The position numbers and the translations under genes are program-made. Under the pieces are notes generated by a model. That model did not search any database. It worked only from the letters and a program-made list of their open reading frames with translations, and was not told where the DNA came from. This document shows, piece after piece, positions 20,734 through 29,438 of a stretch of 64,000 bases of DNA (its first letter is position 1; each line of letters opens with the position of its first letter). The stretch is from a virus: positions 8,322 to 72,321 of IMG/VR virus record IMGVR_UViG_3300022818_000051, one strand, 5' to 3'.

Positions 20734-23078
20734 ATGGTCGCCCCATCCTTCCCCATTACCCCCACAAGCTGCCTCCAAAAAGGTACGCTATGGTATCTTG
20801 GTACGGACAATCACTGGCGGGAACTGATGACAAACAGCTATTTCTGGTTCATCCAGCAAGAAAAACGCAATCTTGTCATGCGTGGATTTGACAAGGAAAG
20901 ATTTAAGATAACATACTAAATTATGACCCGAATATCAGATAAAAAGCTCGAAGAGGCTTTGCACGTATGCTATGAACGATTATACGCCGCATCGACCCCG
21001 CCTGCCGACTTTAACGAGTTGGTAGCGAATGCAGTACCCGACCCGATAACAGGGCGGAAAACGATCCCGATGGATGACTATGAAATTTCCGATGCCGATA
21101 TGGATAGGATAGTAAAAGATGTTATAAAAGAATACAAGATTCCAAAATGGATGGGATTTTCTCCAGCCGTATATCTGGGATGTTCACCAAGAACCAAAAA
21201 AAGATGAAACGCAAACCAATGATTGACCCCGAACTAATCGCAGCAGGGGTGTTTCTAATAGTAATAATAACTTTAGCAATAATGAATATATGGTAAAAGA
21301 ATATAAACTACACGAATTCCTTGGTCGCCATGTCGTTCTTACCCCGACCCGCAAAGCATCGGATATGCACCCTGAAGCGAATTTTGACGACACTGGCTGG
21401 GCATTATGCGGACGGCTGCTGCGGGGCGAAACGATACCCGATTTTGCCAGACGCGCCGAGGCCGCACATGAGAGGCATGATGCGGAAAATACGGACGAAG
21501 AAATCGCAAGAATAAGAAGGAAGATAAAAATAGACGAAAGAGTTATGAACTGTTTAAAAGAAGATGAGATATGCAACCATCCCTGAATACCCCCTATGTC
21601 TGCCGCTACAAGTCTGACGGCAGACTGTTGAACCCCATTGAGCCGCACGAGCCATACTTGGCTTACACCCCGAATCGGAAGGCAAGGCGCGAATCACTGA
21701 ATGTACCCCGATTCTGCGGTAATACACGAGGCGCACACCTGACTGTAACACCTACCGCTGCGTATAGACGTGTAAGGCAGAGGTATAAAACTGCGGATGG
21801 CAGAATGGTATGGATACTGCATTATTTGGAGGGATGAAAAATGAAGAACCTGCCAGAAAAAATTTACTTGGACTTGGGTTTCACACCCGACATGGTGACT
21901 GACTTTAACGACCTCAAACAGGTCACTTGGAGCAAAGACAATGCAACAGGTGAGGGGATTGAATATGTGAGAAAACCCGCACCGTCCGAATCAGTCAACC
22001 CGTCACCTGAACAAATAGCAGAGGAAGTATACCCGTGTGATAGTGGTGTGCTTAGTCTTGATGTGTCGTTAGATAGAAAAGCGTTTATTGTTGGTTATAA
22101 TTATCTTTTGTCATTTTCCCGAAGTCAGGAAGATAGCGTAAATAGCGACATGATGGATGCGTTAAAAATGGCTCAAATATTGTTAGCAGAAAATTTACCT
22201 TCGATTCGGGAACTCGGTAATACAAAACTGGAAAAGATGACAACTTCTCCAAGTTGTAACCAAAGCGATTATAATGCAAAAGCGTCAGAGTTGCATGGGG
22301 AAAATCAGTATGCAAGTAATTTACTTAAGAAAATTAGCACTTTTATCACCAACACTGAAAAACAAACCGAGAAATGAAAACAACTAACCCAATTTGCCCT
22401 TATGATAAAAAAGAATGCAGCCCCAATATTTATGGATTCATGGAAATGGATGGGTACTTAGATTGTACAGGTTGCAACCGAAAGAATAAAGTAGCCCCAA
22501 TCTGTCCTTTTGATGGAAAAGATTGTAGCGGTTACGAGTCATTAAGTGGCTGCGCTGCCTGTCATGATTGCACCCGTGAAAATAATGGTGTGCGTGAAAC
22601 TGGTGGAATGCCAGCGATGGAGAAGATTTGGAAATTTATAAAATCCCTAAAGCCATGAACGAACTAATCTGCACCACTTTCTCCAATAAGGGAATATGGT
22701 CAACGCCGATAATTGAAATCATGTCTTCCGACCTGCGCTACTCAACTGATACTGGCACAGGATTCCACGGACTACAGGTGAATGAGAATCTGCAACCTGA
22801 CGAGGAAGAAATTAAAGGGCTTTGTTTGGAAATATCGGGAAAGATTCTGGAATTATATAAATTAATAAATAAGTAATATGAAAAAAGAAAAATTATCGCC
22901 AGCGCAACCTATAGAGGAAAATGTTGTTTTATTTATGCAGGGTAACAAAGGTATCGAAATTTTAAAACTTTGTGCAAATGGAGACATTTTCGTACATAGC
23001 AAATTGGTAGAAAATGACAAAGAGGTCGTAGATGCTTTCAGGGAGTTTTTAAAATTGCAAGATAGTAATTTTGATTAA
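20734..23078 (+). other. Second array of short hypothetical ORFs (20734-20919, 20923-21207, 21290-21586, 21571-21837, 21841-22377, 22374-22658, 22655-22876, 22878-23078)
   Basis: Co-oriented, overlapping ORFs after the duplicated promoter. Confidence 0.65.
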
Positions 23079-23097
23079 TTTTCACATTTCATGAATT

Positions 23098-23141
23098 GAG
23101 AAGTGCGCCACCCCCACCCGGATGACGCACTCATTTTTTTT
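23098..23141 (+). terminator. Probable rho-independent terminator where the early and lysis transcripts converge
   Basis: GTGCGCCA...TGACGCAC imperfect stem followed by a T run. Confidence 0.5.
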
Positions 23142-23220
23142 GCTGGTGACATTGATGTCGGGAGCTACCCTGATGGCAATTGTTGGCAATTTTCGGGCTC
23201 AACTGCTCCTATTTGCGCAG

Positions 23221-23763
23221 TTATTTAATCGCTTCGCACGCCCTTCTATAAAATTCTTCACGCTCGACCAGTCCGTTCTGCCCGCCGTTCACCACCTTGG
23301 TTATCGCCTTGACGGTTGCGCCCGAATCAGCCAGATGATTCAGTCCATTCTTCCACCAGAACCAGCAAGCCGAGCGGACAGCGCCTTCGGCAGACTCCAG
23401 CATTTCGGGCATTTCCAGCGCATTTACGCCCCAGTCTTTTCCGAGTGCAGCATAGTTGTAGCGGCCTGTAATCTGTATCAGCCCACGTCCTTTATATCGC
23501 TGTCCATCACCGTCCGCTTCAGGTGTGTTACCGAGTATCTTGGCCAAGTGTCCTGTATCATACGCCGCACCTGATGCGATTTCCTTGCTGTATCTGAACG
23601 AGCCAGATTCCTGTGCAACCTGCGCCAAGAAATGTCTGATGCGTGCGGTTGTGGTGATGCCGTATTTTGGCATCCAAATGTTCAGCCACGGAAGATACTT
23701 GGCGATATTCGCACGGGTGGCGTAGGGCATGATGTGGGCGAGTTGGGTTGAAAGGAGTTTCAT
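23221..23763 (-). CDS. Endolysin, glycoside hydrolase family 19
   Basis: FLAQ..QESG, YKGRGLIQITGRYNY, IT..VNGG.NGL..R. Confidence 0.92.
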   Translation of the reverse strand: MKLLSTQLAHIMPYATRANIAKYLPWLNIWMPKYGITTTARIRHFLAQVAQESGSFRYSKEIASGAAYDTGHLAKILGNTPEADGDGQRYKGRGLIQITGRYNYAALGKDWGVNALEMPEMLESAEGAVRSACWFWWKNGLNHLADSGATVKAITKVVNGGQNGLVEREEFYRRACEAIK

Positions 23764-23856
23764 AATGTTAGAAATTTACTAAGTTAATACCTGTTTTTGG
23801 GAATAACGCATGATATAACCAACATTTTATGGTGTTTTTGTATGATATAAACTATG

Positions 23857-25032
23857 TTAATCTAAAAATATCGGCGTATATTGCGTAATACCTCTTTTTT
23901 CATTCCAAATCAGCATTGTCTGCGTTGGTTCTTCTTTTTCAAAACCCTTACCCATTGCGAATGCTGAATATCCAATAAGTGATGGATTTATGATTATATT
24001 TTTTGTAAATACCGACTGATGGAAATGCCCAAGCCACGCTTGTTCGACATTAAATACCTTTGCTATTCTCGAAAACCACCGCATTACAGGTACTACAAGG
24101 CCACCTATGCCGGAATTGTAAACTAAATGTGAACCGTGCGTTAACAAAATGCGATGTCCAAATATTGTTATTACCGCCATCTCCGACCTTGGTATGATAA
24201 ACTCGAATTTATCCAGCCCCATCAGTTTGCAAAACTCCGCAACATCTACGAACATTTCGTACTCATTGTTTACGCGTGACGCATTGGAATATTGGTTTTT
24301 CTTTGTAGTCCTTGTGTGATTTCCTACAACGCAGACTACTTTTATCTTGCTGACTTTGGTGTTTTCCTGTAGGTATTTAAACCCTGACAATATGTGCGAT
24401 TTTGCAAACCTTATACCTTCAAGTGGTGACATGGAATTGGTCTGCATCAGTTCATCATGTATATATCCGCTTGCCATATCACCGATTAGGCATATTATCA
24501 TTTCATCAATATGATATGAACGTTGTGCGTGACTTACGAGCTTGTTCAGGTTTATGAATAAGTTTCTAATTCGCTTATCCGCCACTTCAGGGTTGAACTC
24601 ATTCAGTCCCAGAACGCTTTCCGCATCCACGACTTCATCCACATGCCAATCAGAGAACATGGCCACCGCAACACTTTTACTTTTGCCCCCCTCGTCCGAT
24701 ATAGGGATTATGTCAAATATCTCAGGGTTGGAATTTCTCTTCAGTGCAAGAGCCTCCTCTAATTCATCAATATATTCCTTATAATTCTGCTCGGTTTTTT
24801 TCGGCATTGCAGGTTCTGCTTGCTGCGAAGATGGTAGCACCATCCCTCTTCCCCTTCTTCCGTATGTCGCATACTGTACTGCATTTTCGGCGGACTTAAA
24901 TGTGGGGAACACGTCAGGATATGCGCTTCGTAACGCTTCTTCTATTTGTTTTTTGCTCAGTCTTTCTTCTCCGGGCTTTACATTTTCATAATACTTTTTT
25001 ACAAATTCTTTTGCAATGTCTTTTTTGGTCAT
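23857..25032 (-). CDS. Calcineurin-like metallophosphoesterase
   Basis: SDWH, GD, GNH, THG and GHFH motifs. Confidence 0.85.
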   Translation of the reverse strand: MTKKDIAKEFVKKYYENVKPGEERLSKKQIEEALRSAYPDVFPTFKSAENAVQYATYGRRGRGMVLPSSQQAEPAMPKKTEQNYKEYIDELEEALALKRNSNPEIFDIIPISDEGGKSKSVAVAMFSDWHVDEVVDAESVLGLNEFNPEVADKRIRNLFINLNKLVSHAQRSYHIDEMIICLIGDMASGYIHDELMQTNSMSPLEGIRFAKSHILSGFKYLQENTKVSKIKVVCVVGNHTRTTKKNQYSNASRVNNEYEMFVDVAEFCKLMGLDKFEFIIPRSEMAVITIFGHRILLTHGSHLVYNSGIGGLVVPVMRWFSRIAKVFNVEQAWLGHFHQSVFTKNIIINPSLIGYSAFAMGKGFEKEEPTQTMLIWNEKRGITQYTPIFLD

Positions 25033-25054
25033 TTTAATGGTGGTTAAATGAATA

Positions 25055-25780
25055 CTATAGCGCAATGAAAAGTATAATCGTTACTATTTCAGACGTTACC
25101 CATCCGACTTTTACCCATGTGGTGGCGTTACGCTCTTTTTTGATGGCTTTGCCCTGTTCTTTTATTACGGCATCCTTCGCCGCCCCGTCCGCCTTGTATG
25201 TATCGCGTTGCGCTGCGAGGGCTGCTTTTTCTGTGTTTGATGCTGCGATTACGCCTTTCAGAAGGTTCTTATCCACTCCAAGCGCATTGATTATCTCATA
25301 TTTTGTCGTGGTGTCCTTAATCAGATAATCATGTTCGGCAAAAATTATGTCCGCCTGCATAATGTTTTCGGTAGGGATGCGGTACGTTTTGGCAGCGGTG
25401 GTATCTATCCCTCCTGTGCGTTCGGCAAATATGCCGTATAAGGAGTCAGGAGGCAGTGTACGGAGACGTGCTATCTCTTGCTGATGTTGCTTCTTTTGAA
25501 GTGCGAGATATTTTCGTAGCGCCTCGGTATTTGCCTCCGACTTTTTTAGTTTTATAAGTAGTGTCGCCTGTGTTTTGCGTGCGGCCTCGATGCTGTCTTG
25601 TTGGGCGGCGATTATTTGCGCCGTGTTGGGGGGTGCGATGGGCTGTGGCGTGTAATCGCGATGCGAAGGTATCAGCCAACCCAAAATAAAAAAGAGGGCG
25701 CAAATCGCAGCTATTGCAGCCGTTTTTTTTGTGGTTGGGGAAAGTGAGGAAAAAAAGTTTTTGATTGAATAAAGTGTCAT
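25055..25780 (-). CDS. Membrane-anchored coiled-coil lysis protein (spanin-like)
   Basis: N- and C-terminal hydrophobic helices with a coiled coil between them; lies in the lysis module. Confidence 0.5.
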   Translation of the reverse strand: MTLYSIKNFFSSLSPTTKKTAAIAAICALFFILGWLIPSHRDYTPQPIAPPNTAQIIAAQQDSIEAARKTQATLLIKLKKSEANTEALRKYLALQKKQHQQEIARLRTLPPDSLYGIFAERTGGIDTTAAKTYRIPTENIMQADIIFAEHDYLIKDTTTKYEIINALGVDKNLLKGVIAASNTEKAALAAQRDTYKADGAAKDAVIKEQGKAIKKERNATTWVKVGWVTSEIVTIILFIAL

Positions 25781-25796
25781 GGTGGTGGTTTTTAAG

Positions 25797-26075
25797 TTAG
25801 GTTATTTTTTCTGATTGTTCCAGTATGGTGTCCTGCTCTTTGGCACTGATTTCTATTTCTGCCTCGTTCTTTTTCTGCCCGAACAGAAAGGTCAGGCTGG
25901 GAACGGCTATTGCACCAAATGTTATTGCTATTGCTTCAGCAGCTTTCATCACATCGTCTCTGCCGAGATATAGGATTATGGCACTGAACACCAGTGCCGT
26001 ACATATGCAAATAAATACGATAAGTCTTGAAAGCGAATAATTGCCGCTGTTGTCCTGTAGAAATGCCGCTTTCAT
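25797..26075 (-). CDS. Holin-like two-TM protein (start MKAAFLQ)
   Basis: D..G..S.SRL followed by two TM helices and a charged tail. Confidence 0.6.
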   Translation of the reverse strand: MKAAFLQDNSGNYSLSRLIVFICICTALVFSAIILYLGRDDVMKAAEAIAITFGAIAVPSLTFLFGQKKNEAEIEISAKEQDTILEQSEKIT

Positions 26076-26512
26076 CGCAGTATGTATAATGAAATTATTA
26101 TCGCCGAAAACGCCGCTATTTCCTGCCAGAAAACCCTGTTCTTTACGAACTGTAGAAGGAAGGCTGCGACAAAAAACGCTATGTTCACGTGCCAAAGTCC
26201 TTGTGTGTAGATGTACGTTTGGCTTAACAGTACCGCACCGATTGCGCCCGCAAAATGGATATTCCTGATGAATGTGTCCTTAAACTGTGCGGCTGCACCG
26301 ACAAAAACGATGCCAGCACCAGTAAAAAAGAGCAGCCCGTTGTCCGCATAAAAGACTATCGGTAGGGCGAAACCCCAAAGAGCAAGGGTGAAAAGAATGT
26401 TTATTTTTTTTGGCAGCAGATAATAGCTCTCACTAACGGAAGGAGGGATGCCATACTTCAGGCAGACCAGAATGATGTAGGTGAAGAATATTATGGAGGA
26501 GATAAGTATCAT
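26072..26512 (-). CDS. Multi-pass membrane protein
   Basis: GIP.S.SESYY.L motif and about five hydrophobic segments. Confidence 0.65.
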   Translation of the reverse strand: MILISSIIFFTYIILVCLKYGIPPSVSESYYLLPKKINILFTLALWGFALPIVFYADNGLLFFTGAGIVFVGAAAQFKDTFIRNIHFAGAIGAVLLSQTYIYTQGLWHVNIAFFVAAFLLQFVKNRVFWQEIAAFSAIIISLYILR

Positions 26513-26949
26513 GATTTTAAAAACATCATTATCATAGTTGAGATAGATACCAAAACAGCTACTGCGGATACTATAAATGTTCCCAGTTTTGCCGTTCCCT
26601 CATCCTTTCCGCTATTCAGACTTCTACTCTCACTCAAACTTTTCAAGTCATCTGAAATGCGTTGCAGGTTTTTATTATAATTTTCAGCAAAATTGTCAAA
26701 TCGCTTTTCCGCCGCTATTTCTGCTTTTAATACAGCCTTTTCGGATGCAGCCATAGCCACATTGACGGCCTTCTCTTGAGCATCAAGGGCTGATTTCACG
26801 GCTTCCTTTGACTCCTGCGAATTTTTGTTTATAAGCTTTTCCAAAGAATTATAGCGATCCTCGAAGCGTTTATCTGAAACGGCGATGATAGATTCAAAAA
26901 ATTCTTTAAGTCCAACTTGTTCGCATGATGCTTTTTCCAGTTCTACCAT
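26509..26949 (-). CDS. Coiled-coil protein with C-terminal TM helix
   Basis: AV.SAL.AQEKAV..A..ASEKAV.KAE pattern, terminal TM. Confidence 0.6.
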   Translation of the reverse strand: MVELEKASCEQVGLKEFFESIIAVSDKRFEDRYNSLEKLINKNSQESKEAVKSALDAQEKAVNVAMAASEKAVLKAEIAAEKRFDNFAENYNKNLQRISDDLKSLSESRSLNSGKDEGTAKLGTFIVSAVAVLVSISTMIMMFLKS

Positions 26950-27058
26950 TTTTGTCCTCCTTTGTTTATTTTGTTAAGTGTAAAGATAGTTAATTATTAT
27001 GTAATATGCAAATCGCTATTTCTACTGCTGTTGCCATTTTTGTCCTCCTTTGTTTATT
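26946..27058 (-). repeat. 25-bp perfect direct repeat of RBS plus start codon (26946-26970 and 27034-27058)
   Basis: CCATTTTTGTCCTCCTTTGTTTATT twice. Confidence 0.9.
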
Positions 27059-27126
27059 GTTTTTATTCGTAAACTGTTTTTATATCTGCCTGTTATGTAA
27101 ATTTGTAATATTTATTTACTCCACAA

Positions 27127-27447
27127 TTAATCGTTAAAATCCACTTTTGTAAAAACTTTTACGTCTTCTACAAACTCCGCATAGGCCATAAATTCAGGAT
27201 TCTGCGAGTCGGTGATTCCCTTCCTTTGCAACGCATTTTCTTCACCATTAGGATACTTTTCCGAAATTATCGCATTTATAGCCTCGCCCCGTGTTGGAAC
27301 GTGACCGAACAGGATTTGTGTAAATTCAAACCCTTTCTGTTCTACACCCATAACAGTTTTTGTCGTTTCCGAAATATTATAATTATATCCGTAAAGTGAA
27401 TGCCCCAACTTTTGAATCGTTTCTGGTCTTTCGTTTGATTGTGCCAT
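27127..27447 (-). CDS. Tail-fibre-associated small protein
   Basis: I.AII..KY....E.AL pattern; follows the receptor-binding gene. Confidence 0.6.
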   Translation of the reverse strand: MAQSNERPETIQKLGHSLYGYNYNISETTKTVMGVEQKGFEFTQILFGHVPTRGEAINAIISEKYPNGEENALQRKGITDSQNPEFMAYAEFVEDVKVFTKVDFND

Positions 27448-27533
27448 GTTTTTAATTTATTTATTTGTTACAGCAGGCCATTACAGCCGCCCGCCTTTTA
27501 AAAATCCTCGCTCTCGCTTTTCGCTTCGGGCGC

Positions 27534-28865
27534 TTAGTGCGAAATTTTCGCACGAAGCCGCGCCCCGATACGCGAGTACGTACCCGCCGGAACGTAACTC
27601 GAGTTCGAGCAACGCACCCCCGCATAAGCGCCATAATTCGCAGGCACACCGAACAGCAGGCCATAGACGGCTACGCCTGAACCCGGAATACCTGCGCCAT
27701 ATCCATAATCACTCATATATGCCACGTCACTCGCTCCGCTGGTTACAAGCGGGATAACCCATCCCGGGATTAGTGATTTGATATATCCGTCCGTGCGTGC
27801 CATTTCGCCTACCTTGGTATAATCGGCGGTTATTGTCGCAGCTCTTTTTGCAAATTCGCTACATACATATACGCTACTTATTCCAGTGCCTCCGTTGGCG
27901 ATTTCTGCGGATTTTTCAATATTTACCTCGCCTACCCAGTCCCATATCTCACCATAAAGATGTTCGAGGAAGAAGAAAACAGGTATCTCTTCGGTGTGCC
28001 CATTTACAGTAATACTATGTACCCCAACTTTACATCCAACAGCCATTGAGCCTGCGCCAGTATTATGTATCGGGTAATATCCATTCCATGTTCCCCAATC
28101 TCCACCCCACGTGGTAACGCCAGCCCCCATCCCTCCCTGAGGATACCCCTCAGCGGTGAGAACATTGGTAAACGCCAGTTGAATATTTGTGTTGCCAAAA
28201 TACAATGACGTTAACTCGTGCCACAAGGTTCTATCCTTGATATTTCCTATTTCCCATCCAGCATTATTAGCGTACGTCTCGAAATCCGTTCTGCTAATTG
28301 AGGTGGCAGGCCGTCCTATCTGCGTGGCATCCGTTCCGTCTTTTCCTGCATCATTATTTCCGCCTCTAAATCTTGCATCATCAGAAATCACGGATACCAA
28401 CATCGAATCCGTTCTGTCCATCTCCGCAAACCCAATCGAGTGCGCCGATTCTTCATGCCATAATTCGGCTCCGTCAAAGGCGGCAATATCCAGACGTGTT
28501 TCGATAGTCGTTCCTACAACCACCAGAGCTCGGTAAATAGTCGGTACAATCACACAGATATTCTGCGTTATCCAGTCGGGGGTCGATGTCGTTCCGTCAG
28601 CTTTTAAAAGCGGATTATCCTTATCAAGCCAATAATCTACCTTTTTCGTAGCACGGTTTACAATGGCAGGTCGAAAAGCATTAAAAATCCTTGATTGCCC
28701 AAATTTGTGAAACTCAAGGTTCCCTGTCCTGTGAAGTTCCGTTGCCCTATATGCAGTAACGGTGGATTTTGGGGCGGCCTCTGAGCATGAATTTGCGGTG
28801 TCGATGATTACGCCGACCCATTGCGGTAAATCCAATTCTGTCAATAATCTTATTTTTGTAGGCAT
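27534..28865 (-). CDS. Receptor-binding/tail protein with C-terminal C-type-lectin (FGE-like) fold; DGR-target-like
   Basis: EHLYGEIWDWV and terminal GLLFG..ANYGAYAG...S.S....IGARL. Confidence 0.75.
   Translation of the reverse strand: MPTKIRLLTELDLPQWVGVIIDTANSCSEAAPKSTVTAYRATELHRTGNLEFHKFGQSRIFNAFRPAIVNRATKKVDYWLDKDNPLLKADGTTSTPDWITQNICVIVPTIYRALVVVGTTIETRLDIAAFDGAELWHEESAHSIGFAEMDRTDSMLVSVISDDARFRGGNNDAGKDGTDATQIGRPATSISRTDFETYANNAGWEIGNIKDRTLWHELTSLYFGNTNIQLAFTNVLTAEGYPQGGMGAGVTTWGGDWGTWNGYYPIHNTGAGSMAVGCKVGVHSITVNGHTEEIPVFFFLEHLYGEIWDWVGEVNIEKSAEIANGGTGISSVYVCSEFAKRAATITADYTKVGEMARTDGYIKSLIPGWVIPLVTSGASDVAYMSDYGYGAGIPGSGVAVYGLLFGVPANYGAYAGVRCSNSSYVPAGTYSRIGARLRAKISH
27555..27665 (-). 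other. DGR variable-region-like segment with downstream hairpin (27537-27553)
   Basis: 36 consecutive codons with none ending in A; NNY codons alternate with GCG/TCG/ACG; GTGCGAA-att-TTCGCAC hairpin. Confidence 0.65.
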
Positions 28866-28913
28866 AGTTTTTTATATATTTAGATGGTTTTTTATTTTTT
28901 TACGAGTGCCATT

Positions 28914-29429
28914 TTATTCTTCCCTGATTATTCCAGCGTTAAAAAATGTTTCATGTAACGCTGCATCGAAAGGATTTGGAAAATCTTCAAGCTTAATCGT
29001 ATAGGGTTCAAACTCTACCTCTTCCTCCAGAATCGGCTCATATTCCTTCATGTCTGATTCAAACTTTTCCAGTTCGTCCTTGTATTTTTCTGCCAGCACT
29101 TTTTCCAGTTTGGTTAAATCTTTTATGTATATGAGGAAATTCTCATCCCCCGGCTTAATCATCACAGACCTATCAGGCTGTACGATTCCGTATTTTATGA
29201 TAAGGTCGGAATTATCTTTGTTGTATGCCTCATCATGTTCTTTGAGCGGCTCACGGAACTTTTTAATTACCTCTTCGTGTGTGGCAATAGTTTCTTTGAT
29301 TCGGTTTTTGTCATACAATAGTCCGTTGACAAATCTTACACATCCCTTCAGGGTTAATGCGGCTCTAATCGCATCATTCAGTTTGATAGCATCTTTCCTT
29401 TTCATTGTGATTCCTGATTCTTTTTCCAT
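28914..29429 (-). CDS. Tail-fibre-associated helical protein (chaperone-like)
   Basis: Charged helical protein between fibre genes, ending L.EEVE.....I.LEDF. Confidence 0.55.
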   Translation of the reverse strand: MEKESGITMKRKDAIKLNDAIRAALTLKGCVRFVNGLLYDKNRIKETIATHEEVIKKFREPLKEHDEAYNKDNSDLIIKYGIVQPDRSVMIKPGDENFLIYIKDLTKLEKVLAEKYKDELEKFESDMKEYEPILEEEVEFEPYTIKLEDFPNPFDAALHETFFNAGIIREE

Positions 29430-29438
29430 AATTGTATG

